Below are positions 46,712 through 55,453 of a stretch of DNA of 64,000 bases, piece by piece. A program made the position numbers and the translations under genes. This DNA comes from a virus (taxonomy: Duplodnaviria; Caudoviricetes). A model generated the notes under the pieces. The model was not told where the DNA came from and did no database searches. It was given only the letters and a program-made list of their open reading frames with translations. The number at the start of each line of letters is the position of its first letter. Within the stretch, counting starts at the first letter, position 1. The stretch lies in IMG/VR virus record IMGVR_UViG_2875555210_000001; one strand, written 5' to 3'.

Positions 46712-47973
46712 GTGATCCTCTGGTAGTGGCCCTCGAAATTCAGAGCCAGATCGCCCATTCGGCCATTCCGGTTCTTACCGATGATCATTTGGATAATGCC
46801 GGGATCGTCCTCGTCGTTATGCAACAGGAGAACCACGTCGCTATCCTGCTCAATCGCTCCCGACTCGCGGAGGTCCGCAATAGTCGGCGCACGCGGCTTA
46901 CCGTCCTTAACGGGACCGCGATTCAACTGCGCACACTGGACCATCGCCACGTTAAGCTCACGCGCCGCAATCTTTAGCGACCGCGACATGTGCGACACCT
47001 GCTGCTCGCGCGAAACCTTGCTATCGGACGGCTTAACCAATTGCAGGTAGTCAACGACTACGACGCCCAGGTTTCCGATTGCCCGACAGTGAGCCACGAT
47101 CTGCTCCGTGGTGATCGTTGCCCGGTCCACGACCTGTAGCGGAATGGCGTCGTTCAGCTTAATGAAATTGTCGATCTTCTCGCGGTCCGTAAGGTCCAAG
47201 TCCTTACGCATGATCTTTGAGAAGTCGACGCTCGACCCGGCAGCCATCAACCGCGAAGTAACCTCGTCGGTCGACATTTCCAGCGTGAAGAATGCGGACG
47301 GGAAACCCCAAAAGGCTGCATTGCTCGCTAGCTGCAATGCAGCGACACTCTTTCCGACGCCCGGCCTGGCGGCAATGGTGTAGAGCCTGCCGCGCTGTAG
47401 CCCACCGTTCAGGCGTGCATTGAGCGCTTCCCAAGGTGTCTTGATATAGCCCTCTGCGGTTGTCTGCCAGTGTTCCCAGGACGCGATCATTTGCCCGAAC
47501 TCGAGCGCCCGGTCGTCCGGCTCGTGTTCCTGGCGGAAGAACTTCTCACCCTCCCCCATCAGGCAGGCAACGTCGTCGGTCGTCGTGGTCTCGGCGTAGG
47601 CCAGTTGCTTAAGCCGGTTGCCCAGCTCAGCCATGCGCCGGAGCTTGGCCTTGTCGAGAACCATCCGCGCGTACGCCTCGGCGTTAGTAGCAGTAGGCGT
47701 GTTCTCCATGCAGGTCAGAAGGTACGGTGCCCCGCCGATCCTGCGGAGCTGGCCGCGCGTCTCTAGTTCCTTAGCGACGGTCATTGCGTCGACAGCCTCA
47801 CCGGCTGCCAGCAGGCCCATCGCCGCCGCAAAGATATCGGCGTGGATCGGACGGTAAAAGTCCTCGACCGTGATTAACGTCGAAAGCGTGTTAAGCGCCT
47901 TAGACGACAAGAGCAGCGACCCAATAACGCACTGCTCGGCAGTCTGATCATTAGGTGGCTGTGCCTCAGTCAA
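46708..47973 (-). CDS. dnaB: Replicative DNA helicase
   Basis: AARPGVGKS, LEMS, VVDYLQL, QLNR, DLRESGAIEQDSD, KNRNG. Confidence 0.95.
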   Translation of the reverse strand: MTEAQPPNDQTAEQCVIGSLLLSSKALNTLSTLITVEDFYRPIHADIFAAAMGLLAAGEAVDAMTVAKELETRGQLRRIGGAPYLLTCMENTPTATNAEAYARMVLDKAKLRRMAELGNRLKQLAYAETTTTDDVACLMGEGEKFFRQEHEPDDRALEFGQMIASWEHWQTTAEGYIKTPWEALNARLNGGLQRGRLYTIAARPGVGKSVAALQLASNAAFWGFPSAFFTLEMSTDEVTSRLMAAGSSVDFSKIMRKDLDLTDREKIDNFIKLNDAIPLQVVDRATITTEQIVAHCRAIGNLGVVVVDYLQLVKPSDSKVSREQQVSHMSRSLKIAARELNVAMVQCAQLNRGPVKDGKPRAPTIADLRESGAIEQDSDVVLLLHNDEDDPGIIQMIIGKNRNGRMGDLALNFEGHYQRIT

Positions 47974-48650
47974 GCTGCAACCCTTCCACGGAGTTCATTC
48001 AGCCAATCCCGTTTAGCGCGGTCCATCCAAACCCGACGCTCACTCACGTCAAGGCCATCCGGCGGAACGGGAGGCGAGAAGATATATCCGTAAGCCTTAA
48101 GCGGCGAAACCTGCCCCGTCTTAAGGCACTCAGTGATCGTGTTCCTAAGTGTGGCCGCGCGCTGCGCCTCTTTCTGCGCCTCACTAACCAAGCTGGGCAG
48201 AATGCCCGGCCCGAAGTCCTTAGCGAGCCAGAGGTTAAGCGCACGTTCCAAAATTTCTGGGTCGATACCCTCACGCAGCAGCTCAGCCGTCTTTTTGACT
48301 AGCTGTTGCCGGATAGCGAACGGGTGGGATTCCGGAATTACCTTCCGGACCAGCTTGCCCGCCTCGGTGTTCGGCTCAACGTCGTCGTTCCAGTGCTCGT
48401 AGTCGTTGAACTGAATGCCGATGAACTCGCCGTCCTTATCGACCCTGCGCCAAAGCCTGGCTTTCACCAGTGCGTTAGCCTCGTCGCGTGTTCCCAGCTC
48501 TAGGGCCACATCGCGCGGGACGAACCCGCCGGATCGGTTATCCCGAGTCCACGCGTTGGCTTTGACCCAAAGGCCAAGCGCAGCGTTACCGGCCTGCTTA
48601 GCCTTTGGGTGGTCCCAGAACTTCCGGTGGATTTTCCCGAAGTCGCTCAT
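47970..48650 (-). CDS. Putative replication initiator/helicase loader
   Basis: KFWDHPK...ALGLW...LVKARLW...FNDYEHWN N-terminus typical of actinophage rep-like proteins; upstream of DnaB. Confidence 0.6.
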   Translation of the reverse strand: MSDFGKIHRKFWDHPKAKQAGNAALGLWVKANAWTRDNRSGGFVPRDVALELGTRDEANALVKARLWRRVDKDGEFIGIQFNDYEHWNDDVEPNTEAGKLVRKVIPESHPFAIRQQLVKKTAELLREGIDPEILERALNLWLAKDFGPGILPSLVSEAQKEAQRAATLRNTITECLKTGQVSPLKAYGYIFSPPVPPDGLDVSERRVWMDRAKRDWLNELRGRVAA

Positions 48651-48880
48651 CCCAGCGGGAGGCCCCCGAAGCCGATGCCGCCGGTCGACGGGTCCAGGTG
48701 GATACCGCCGCCCAGGTCGATACCGATACCGCCCTTAGGGCTGATAACGAAGCCTGAGCCGGAGTCGCCGGAGCTGGTGCCAGAGTCGGTGCTGATCCCG
48801 TTCTCAGCGCTCGGCTGGCACGCGGTCATAGCTAAAGCCGTCCCGAATGCTGCCAGGAGCACCTTGAGGTTTCTCGACAT
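48647..48880 (-). CDS. Small Gly/Ser-rich lipoprotein
   Basis: Lipobox MTAC. Confidence 0.6.
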   Translation of the reverse strand: MSRNLKVLLAAFGTALAMTACQPSAENGISTDSGTSSGDSGSGFVISPKGGIGIDLGGGIHLDPSTGGIGFGGLPLG

Positions 48881-49190
48881 GCTGAATCCCTCCATCGTTG
48901 GTTAAGAGAACCCACGTCGACCCCCGCCAAAGCAGGGGAATCTCAGCAGGGTTTTGCCAAGGGCGCACATGCCAGCCCTGCGTTTCCGCTTGGGCTGGGT
49001 GGTGCTCAATCCATCCGTGGCAGCCGGTCGTACCGTGACCGCACACCAGGACGCAGTTTTCAGCCGTCCACAAGCCGCCCTGAGAGCGTTTGAGGCGATG
49101 GTGAAGGGTGAGGTTGCCCCACCGGGTACATCGCTCACAGAAGCCCTCAGAGCGGACCTTGAGTAGACGGCGGCATTTCGCCTCAGACAA
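48804..49190 (-). CDS. HNH endonuclease
   Basis: CERC...HHRLKRSQGG...N...CGHG..GCH. Confidence 0.8.
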   Translation of the reverse strand: MSEAKCRRLLKVRSEGFCERCTRWGNLTLHHRLKRSQGGLWTAENCVLVCGHGTTGCHGWIEHHPAQAETQGWHVRPWQNPAEIPLLWRGSTWVLLTNDGGIQHVEKPQGAPGSIRDGFSYDRVPAER

Positions 49191-49253
49191 GGGCTAGGAC
49201 GAACAGGATGAACACGACGGTCCAAACCACCGCCCACACTTGGGAGTCATCCA

Positions 49254-49613
49254 TTACCACTCACCCCTGCCTGCATTCGCATACGCCTGACGCACCGAAG
49301 CGCCCACCGAACGAATAGCGTCCAACTTCGAGCTAAGCGCCCGGTTGTTGTCCTTCGCGTACTCGTAAGCGACAGCCCACGCGTCCCGCTCATCTTCGGC
49401 GGTCATGACTTCATCAACGATGTTCGCCGCGACCTTTTTCTCAGTCTGCGGACCCTTATGGGCCATGAACGCCCGAGCGTAAGCACGCTTATATGCGCGC
49501 TCCGTTTCTAGCTTCTTCTCGTGAGAATCCCGCGCCGTGATAATCCCTGCCGAGATATCGTTAACGGTCGCTAAGATGTCCTGCTCTACGGAGACCGGAT
49601 TGTACTCACTCAA
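49254..49613 (-). CDS. Helical hypothetical protein
   Basis: 119 aa coiled coil. Confidence 0.65.
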   Translation of the reverse strand: MSEYNPVSVEQDILATVNDISAGIITARDSHEKKLETERAYKRAYARAFMAHKGPQTEKKVAANIVDEVMTAEDERDAWAVAYEYAKDNNRALSSKLDAIRSVGASVRQAYANAGRGEW

Positions 49614-49622
49614 CGTTCCCCC

Positions 49623-49895
49623 TTACTTGACGAACTCAACCGGCAAAGGAATGCGCAAAGCCAGCGCGATAGCTACGCGGTGGTGCCCATCCCAAACCCG
49701 CTTATCGGGGCCAACCGAAACCGGTTTAGTGATTCCACCCGACGAGACAACCTCGTCAAGCAGCGCCAAGGTACGTGCCTGGTCTGCCGTCCAGAGGTAT
49801 TGCAGCTCGTTAGGCCAGCCGTGGTCGCTATCGCCGGGCTGGTAAATGCCGATGAACGTGTCCGCATCGAACACCTGAGATTTGACATCGCTCAA
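49623..49895 (-). CDS. ParB/Srx-like domain protein
   Basis: GITKPVSV...VWDGHHRVAIA motif. Confidence 0.75.
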   Translation of the reverse strand: MSDVKSQVFDADTFIGIYQPGDSDHGWPNELQYLWTADQARTLALLDEVVSSGGITKPVSVGPDKRVWDGHHRVAIALALRIPLPVEFVK

Positions 49896-50092
49896 AGCGC
49901 CTGCCTCGGTTCCAGATTCCAGAACCGGCGCGAGTCCCCGTAATCAAGACAGCCCTCGCACACCAGCTTGTGATCGTGCGAACCGACCGCGAACTCAGCC
50001 TCCTTAACGAAGCAAAGCTCACACGGAACCACGATGCCCTGTGGAGCGTCGACCAGCTCCACAGGGATACCTGCAATCGTGTTGTTGAACAT
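49892..50092 (-). CDS. Small Zn-finger-like protein
   Basis: CELC...VCEGC. Confidence 0.5.
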   Translation of the reverse strand: MFNNTIAGIPVELVDAPQGIVVPCELCFVKEAEFAVGSHDHKLVCEGCLDYGDSRRFWNLEPRQAL

Positions 50093-50847
50093 TAGACGGT
50101 GACCGCCCCTGTCTCTAGAAGGTTCGTAAACGCCGTGACCTCTTCGGCAGTGGCGTCCTTAAGCTCCCGACCCTTGTTGTGCTCCGCGAACTTGTTAGCG
50201 ATGCCGTTCAAGTCCCAGCTCTTAGCGGTCGCCAGCTCACGCAGCTTCGCGCGGGCCGTAGCGGAATCCGCGTTCCCGACCGGCGCGGGAGGCTGCATCC
50301 GCGCGGCGGTAGCCGGAGTGGCCCGCTCATGCGACTCAGCGTCAGGGTCCGGATCGTCCGTAGGAATCATCAGCGATTGCAGCAGGAACGTCCGCAGCGC
50401 GACCGATTCGGCCTTAGTCATCGACTTATCGCCGGAGTCGGCAGCTTCGCCGTACGCCTTACCGTCGAAGTAGTCACCGGCAGGCCCATACACACGGAAA
50501 CCCATTTCCACGGTCCGGTTACACATCTGACCGCCCTTAGCGGTCTGGTAACGCTCCGCGTCATGAGCGCGCGCCTGAGGAACAACCGTCACGCCATGCG
50601 CGCGCAGCGCCGGGCCAACCGCATTCATTACCGCGTCGATGCCACGGAAATTGAACTTCTGGCCCTGGTTGTACGAATCCTTGCGAATGGACTGCACGTC
50701 CCGCATGACGAGGTTCCACGCCTCAAAGACGGTGGGGACCTCGGACTTGTCCCACTGGGGAGCGTTCTTAAGCTCCTCCTCAAGGGACTCGATCTTGGCG
50801 TCGGACTCCGCTAGCGCGGTCTCCAACTCAGCTTTGGTTGCGGTCAA
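50092..50847 (-). CDS. ERF-family ssDNA annealing protein
   Basis: FNFRGIDAV, DSGDKSMTKA...IPTDDPDPD motifs. Confidence 0.85.
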   Translation of the reverse strand: MTATKAELETALAESDAKIESLEEELKNAPQWDKSEVPTVFEAWNLVMRDVQSIRKDSYNQGQKFNFRGIDAVMNAVGPALRAHGVTVVPQARAHDAERYQTAKGGQMCNRTVEMGFRVYGPAGDYFDGKAYGEAADSGDKSMTKAESVALRTFLLQSLMIPTDDPDPDAESHERATPATAARMQPPAPVGNADSATARAKLRELATAKSWDLNGIANKFAEHNKGRELKDATAEEVTAFTNLLETGAVTV

Positions 50848-51162
50848 CTACGCCCCGTTCTTTGCCTTGGCCCACACCACGGACTGACGACCACTCGCCA
50901 GCCGCTTACGCGCGCCGGTATCCACCACAAGCCCCTGCCGCACCAGCTCAGACCGACGAGTCCGCAGACCCGAAGGCGACTGAGGCAGCACCGCGCCCCA
51001 CTTGGACCGGTTGTAAACCCGCGCGATATCCGTATCGGTACCGCCCTTACGCAACCGGCCCAGCGCCTTAAGCACTGCTTTCTGCGACTCCCGCAGATAG
51101 TCCTTATCCAGCGACGCGTACGCCGCCAAGCTGGTCTCCCGGCTACCACTGATAACGGTCAA
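50848..51162 (-). CDS. Winged-HTH-like protein
   Basis: ETSLAA...[18 protein letters not shown]...SGRQSVVW. Confidence 0.65.
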   Translation of the reverse strand: MTVISGSRETSLAAYASLDKDYLRESQKAVLKALGRLRKGGTDTDIARVYNRSKWGAVLPQSPSGLRTRRSELVRQGLVVDTGARKRLASGRQSVVWAKAKNGA

Positions 51163-52075
51163 GGCTCAACTCCTTAAGCTCTGAATCCTTAGAATTGAAA
51201 ACGCGGCGCGTAGCCTCGACTTGCTTACCGAGCATCGCCGCCTGCAAACCCAGCTCAAGGTCAACCCAATAGAACTTGACCTGAGGGTTCTTAGTCATGA
51301 TTGGGAAATGAACCATCACTCCCCACTTGTCATTGATCTGGTTATGCAGCGGAGTCCGAGTGTTCGTCTCCTGGTCGTAACGCAGACCCGTCCCATAAGC
51401 CGCCAACTGGCACGTCACACCCATAGGGCGCTTAGCGTCCCAGCGGCCCGTCTTAAGGTCGCCCACGACGACAAGCTCTTGGTTGTGCTTAACGCCGTCC
51501 GGCGTGGTGATCCCCGGCGGCAACGCCATGAGGTAATCGACCGACCCGCACAGTTCCAGCTTGTCGTTAACGATCAGCATTTCCTGATCAATGAACTCGA
51601 TAGGCTCAACCGCTTTGTCGTACTGCGCGAGCGGGGCCTTAAGGTGCTCCTGAACTACGCGTGGCGTTTCGCCCTTATTGCGAAGCTCACCGAGCTTATG
51701 GAACTCAGTGCCAGCGCTAGCAGCAGTGTGCTGACCGGCAGTGTTACGCGCTTGCTCAACAGCAGCTTTAAGCCGCTCTTTGCCGGAGCGGGTGCCGCCG
51801 TCGTCTCCCTTGTACCAGGGGTCGGCGTCGTACTCGTTGATAAGCGTTGCGACCTCTGAGCGCGCGGAGGCGTCCAAGAGGATGCCAACGGCTGCCTGAC
51901 AGGCTGCCCAGTCGATAAGCCCATCTTTGGTGTCGAGACCTTTGCCCGCACCGGACGCCCGGCTATATCCCTTGGCGTCTTTGGAGTACCACCAGCGCTT
52001 TTGCTTTCCATCGCGCCCCCTGCCTTCGCGCCATTCCCCCGTTAGCGGACCCTGGAAGTCCGGTGGGTAAACCAT
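51143..52075 (-). CDS. PD-(D/E)XK (RecB/Cas4-like) exonuclease; true start may be 52117
   Basis: GTEFH, GSVD, VGDLKTG, QLAAY motifs; near ERF. Confidence 0.8.
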   Translation of the reverse strand: MVYPPDFQGPLTGEWREGRGRDGKQKRWWYSKDAKGYSRASGAGKGLDTKDGLIDWAACQAAVGILLDASARSEVATLINEYDADPWYKGDDGGTRSGKERLKAAVEQARNTAGQHTAASAGTEFHKLGELRNKGETPRVVQEHLKAPLAQYDKAVEPIEFIDQEMLIVNDKLELCGSVDYLMALPPGITTPDGVKHNQELVVVGDLKTGRWDAKRPMGVTCQLAAYGTGLRYDQETNTRTPLHNQINDKWGVMVHFPIMTKNPQVKFYWVDLELGLQAAMLGKQVEATRRVFNSKDSELKELSLDRYQW

Positions 52076-52116
52076 CGGACGGTCCCAGTAGTCGCGCTTT
52101 ACTTGATAATCAGTGA

Positions 52117-52332
52117 TTAATCCTCGCTAACCTTCGGCGGGAACCGGACAAACCCGGCAGCGCGCTTCCACGGCTTGCAGGCCGCGATTCCCTTAACGAT
52201 TCCCTGAGGGCCGTACTGGTCGACCAGAAGCCAACCATCCAGCGTCTTGACGTACATGTCGAAACATGGACCAGCGCCACAGCCGCAATCAGGTTCGTAA
52301 TCCTTGCGATAAACAGTGCCGACTTTAGCCAT
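52117..52332 (-). CDS. Hypothetical protein
   Basis: 71 aa; operonic overlap. Confidence 0.5.
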   Translation of the reverse strand: MAKVGTVYRKDYEPDCGCGAGPCFDMYVKTLDGWLLVDQYGPQGIVKGIAACKPWKRAAGFVRFPPKVSED

Positions 52333-52513
52333 CTTTGTGTTCCTTAACTCCGTAGCTAATCCAACGACCCGGCCCGTAACACAGGTACGAATCGGTAAGC
52401 ATGATGGTCAGCGACCCCGCCGCACTTTCCTGCGGCAGAGTCTTTGATACAAAGTCGAACTTCTGTCCATCGTTAAGTAGGACGCTGACAAGATTCTTTG
52501 ACGGCATCACCAT
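52325..52513 (-). CDS. Hypothetical protein
   Basis: 62 aa; operonic overlap. Confidence 0.5.
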   Translation of the reverse strand: MVMPSKNLVSVLLNDGQKFDFVSKTLPQESAAGSLTIMLTDSYLCYGPGRWISYGVKEHKDG

Positions 52514-52833
52514 GCGTCGATCTTCTGCGTCCAGCCAGTGACCTTGCCCCGGTCGGCGTCCGGACCATTTTCGAGGTAATCCTTAAACCCCCGCTTAACG
52601 ATCTGGCCACGCGGCTGGGGGCGCGACTTACCGCGCTGAATACGCGACCGGTACGGCCTCACCAGGACGAACGAATCGCCGCTGCCCAAGCCCTCACGGA
52701 ACCCGCCGAAACGGTGCGCGCGGATAGACCGGCGGTTAGGCACCCGGTAGAACTTCTCCGGCAGCGTCTCGCCCCGCTTCTTAGCCTGCGCCTCTTTGTA
52801 GCGAAGAATCGCCTCGCTAACGCTAACCGGCAT
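52507..52833 (-). CDS. Basic hypothetical protein
   Basis: MPVSVSEAIL...; GGAGG RBS. Confidence 0.55.
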   Translation of the reverse strand: MPVSVSEAILRYKEAQAKKRGETLPEKFYRVPNRRSIRAHRFGGFREGLGSGDSFVLVRPYRSRIQRGKSRPQPRGQIVKRGFKDYLENGPDADRGKVTGWTQKIDAW

Positions 52834-53158
52834 CCTTAACCTCCAAGACGGTCGGGAACATCGAGAAGAACCCGTTACGCAGCCCGCCAACCTTGAGGTC
52901 GTAGGACTTGCCCTCTTCGAGCTTGGCCCACAGGTCGTAGCTGTTCATGTGGCCGACCTCGATAGCGTCCTCAACGTCGAACGCCCCGCACGTGGTGCTA
53001 ATGCGCTTAGTGCGCTTAGTGGCACCCTCGCTGTCGCTGCCGTACAGCATGTCCTTTGACTGGACCTTGCAGCCGCGCTCCCAGTGCTGATTCTGGGTGG
53101 CACACCCGACCAGCGACAACGCGCCGACGAGCATTGCGGCGACGATTCCCTTACGCAT
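52823..53158 (-). CDS. Lipoprotein, OB-fold-like
   Basis: Lipobox LVGC; LEEGKSYDLKVGG.R...MFP. Confidence 0.7.
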   Translation of the reverse strand: MRKGIVAAMLVGALSLVGCATQNQHWERGCKVQSKDMLYGSDSEGATKRTKRISTTCGAFDVEDAIEVGHMNSYDLWAKLEEGKSYDLKVGGLRNGFFSMFPTVLEVKDAG

Positions 53159-53304
53159 TTTTCTTCTCCCCCTTACGGGCTTTCACAAGCTCCGTCTTGC
53201 CGGTCCGACCGGCTTTCTTGCGCGCCTCGGCGCTGTAGGTGATCAGCGCGTTTCCGTTGGGCGCGGACATTGGTCCAGGCATGTAAGTCCTCCCTCAAGG
53301 CAAC

Positions 53305-53349
53305 AAAAAACCGCCCCCGGTTAGTCAGCTAGACTGGACCGGGAGCGGT
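53305..53349 (-). terminator. Intrinsic terminator closing the DUF2828/ncRNA unit
   Basis: ACCGCTCCCGGT...ACCGGGGGCGGT stem followed by a T run on the minus strand. Confidence 0.8.
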
Positions 53350-53361
53350 ATTGCGCGGCGG

Positions 53362-53421
53362 AACTGGTCACATTTGTTATCTATTCAGTGGAAGATGTTT
53401 TAGTTGCTGTTAGTGACCACA
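53362..53421 (-). ncRNA. ACAGCAA hairpin RNA unit 3
   Basis: UGGUCAC/GUGACCA terminal stem; UAACAGCAACUAAAAC motif. Confidence 0.65.
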
Positions 53422-53428
53422 GCCGCTT

Positions 53429-53555
53429 AACTGGACTCCGTTTTTTGCATACGCGCTCTGCCCTTAAGCTACAGCGACACAGGGCCGCTACTGGGACTCG
53501 AACCCAGACCTCGCCATTAACAGTGGAAGCGTTGTAATTGCTGTAGGAGTCCACA
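53429..53555 (-). ncRNA. ACAGCAA hairpin RNA unit 2 with circularly permuted tRNA-like (YrlA-like) domain
   Basis: UGGACUCC/GGAGUCCA stem enclosing anticodon-like loop CUGUUAA, T arm CUGGG-UUCGAGU-CCCAG, looped acceptor UAGCGGC/GUCGCUG, then D arm. Confidence 0.8.
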
Positions 53556-53561
53556 CGTTTT

Positions 53562-53617
53562 AACTGGACGCATTTCTTTGTTATCCGCAACAGTTTTAAT
53601 TGCTGTTAGCGTCCACA
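53562..53617 (-). ncRNA. ACAGCAA hairpin RNA unit 1
   Basis: UGGACGC/GCGUCCA stem; UAACAGCAAUUAAAAC motif. Confidence 0.65.
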
Positions 53618-53656
53618 AGTTTTACGATACCGGGCGGCACCCGGCATTCGGAAACA

Positions 53657-55087
53657 TTAGGAACCGTAAACGTTGATCTGCGAGTACCGCTCGCTATTGA
53701 TCACGTCATTTACCAGCTCACGAGGCGTCTTACCCTCCACAGCCATGCCGAAAGTCGTAGCCGCCAAGCCAGACACCAGCGTCACGTTCCCGTCAAGGAT
53801 CGTGGCCGGGAGCTGATCATGGCGCGCGTTGACGTTCCAGAACACAACGTGCGGCAGCTCAAGGCCCGCCCTCTGGAAGTCCAGCTTGGCCGACTCAAAC
53901 ACGCTCAGGTCGGCGCGGTTGAGCGCCTGATTGAACTGCATGTCCGACACGACGTAGAGCGTGGCCGGGACGGTGCCCGACTGCTTACCGGCCCGCAGGA
54001 TCGCCTTGAACGCCGCCTCCAAGTCCGTCGACCCACACCAGCCAGTCGAGTGCTCGATAGCGTGAAGCTTCTGCTCCAACGTCTTACCGGTCACCTGCAC
54101 CAGCTCCGGCGTAGAGGCAAACGTCATGAAGTAGCCCTTATACGGCCCTGTGTTGCGCTCTGCGAAGTACAAAGCCAGCGACACAGACACGGACATAGGC
54201 CGACCCCACATGGACCCTGAAACGTCCGCCAGAACGATCGCGTCCTGGCCGGGGCGCGTGTAGTCCGGCAGGTTGTTCCAGAGCGTGTTAGCCGCAGCCG
54301 CATCGCCGCCCCGCACCATGTCGTACAGCTCGTACGGATACAGGGTCGACGTGTTCACCTTGGCCTCGCCACGGTCAACCGCGTCTAGGAACGCCTGGTA
54401 CCGCTCACCGTCGTTGCGCCGGAACGCCTTAACGTGCTTACGGTGCGCCTGCGCCGGGAGCTTGCTGTAGTCGACGTTCGCGTAAACGCCCTCCGACATA
54501 GCGTGCTCAAGCAGGTCGATACGACCCCGCAGCGCGCTAAGCGTCTGGCGGTACTCACGCTGAGTCAGACCCAGCATTTCGCGGACCTCGATAGCCAACT
54601 CCAAGTTGGACCGGCTCTTATCGGACGGCAGCCACTTAGCCAACAGTGACACCTTCTCGCCACGCTCGTAGGCCGCAACGTCGGCGGTCCACTGCGCAGT
54701 GATCAGGTCGCGGATCGGCCCCCAATTGACTGGCCCAGCGGCGAACAAGTCGTCCCAACGCCCGTACGTCGGAATGTGCTCAACGACGCGCGACAGCTTG
54801 GCTGCCGACAAGGCACCCAGCCGCTTAATGCCCGCGCGGAACACGTCACGCTCCCCCTGGCCCCCGCGCACATCACGCAGATAGAACAGGGTCCGCACCG
54901 CAGCCTGCGGGTCAACGCGGAACGCCTTCTCAAACAGATCAGCGCTCGCCTCGGCGCGGTCACGCATAGCGCCCGCCAAACCGAAGTAATCGACCACTGG
55001 ATCAAGCGACGACTTATGCGCCTTATCGCCGTTCTCCGTGCGAGTCGTGTTGAGCTGGCCGCTTAGGCTCTGCAAAAACGTCGTCAT
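53657..55087 (-). CDS. DUF2828 / TROVE(Ro60)-like protein with C-terminal vWA domain
   Basis: TENGD, LRDVRGGQGER, YGRWDDL, LLAKWLP, MIDAS ADVSGSM, STDL, VSDMQF, FWNV; AAGGAG RBS. Confidence 0.88.
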   Translation of the reverse strand: MTTFLQSLSGQLNTTRTENGDKAHKSSLDPVVDYFGLAGAMRDRAEASADLFEKAFRVDPQAAVRTLFYLRDVRGGQGERDVFRAGIKRLGALSAAKLSRVVEHIPTYGRWDDLFAAGPVNWGPIRDLITAQWTADVAAYERGEKVSLLAKWLPSDKSRSNLELAIEVREMLGLTQREYRQTLSALRGRIDLLEHAMSEGVYANVDYSKLPAQAHRKHVKAFRRNDGERYQAFLDAVDRGEAKVNTSTLYPYELYDMVRGGDAAAANTLWNNLPDYTRPGQDAIVLADVSGSMWGRPMSVSVSLALYFAERNTGPYKGYFMTFASTPELVQVTGKTLEQKLHAIEHSTGWCGSTDLEAAFKAILRAGKQSGTVPATLYVVSDMQFNQALNRADLSVFESAKLDFQRAGLELPHVVFWNVNARHDQLPATILDGNVTLVSGLAATTFGMAVEGKTPRELVNDVINSERYSQINVYGS

Positions 55088-55213
55088 TAGTTCTCCTTAA
55101 GGGCAAGTCGTAGTGTCATCGTGTTTCATCACGAATTTCAGCGAGGGTGGGAAACCTGCCGCGCTCCTTACGGAAGTAATGAAGCGCGGACAGGTTCCGC
55201 CAAACGAAATTGA

Positions 55214-55453
55214 TCATGCGTCGAGTAGCGCCCTAATGTTCCCGGCCACCTTGAGCGCCTTGTCGTGCTCTACCTCATGCTCCTTAGCGGCGTTCCGCGC
55301 CTGCGCCGCGAGCATGTTCTGAAACGAAACCTGCTCGGCCTGGTCGTTGGCGTGCGCCTCAAGCTCCGCGAGCGTGTCGCTCAGCCCCGCCGTGATAGAA
55401 GCCACGGACTTAGGGGCGACGAATACGGGCGCAGCCTTTTTGAACAGCGCCAT
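55214..55453 (-). CDS. Small coiled-coil hypothetical protein
   Basis: 79 aa, coupled to upstream gene. Confidence 0.65.
   Translation of the reverse strand: MALFKKAAPVFVAPKSVASITAGLSDTLAELEAHANDQAEQVSFQNMLAAQARNAAKEHEVEHDKALKVAGNIRALLDA

Noticed and set aside
53381-53590. 69-aa ORF over the ncRNA array
   Set aside because: No RBS and atypical composition; the region is better explained by RNA structure.
53362-53617. Repeat array as a mini-CRISPR
   Set aside because: Repeats are not identical, inserts vary widely in length, termini covary as RNA stems, and no cas operon is present; the Cas4-like nuclease is near ERF and fits recombination.
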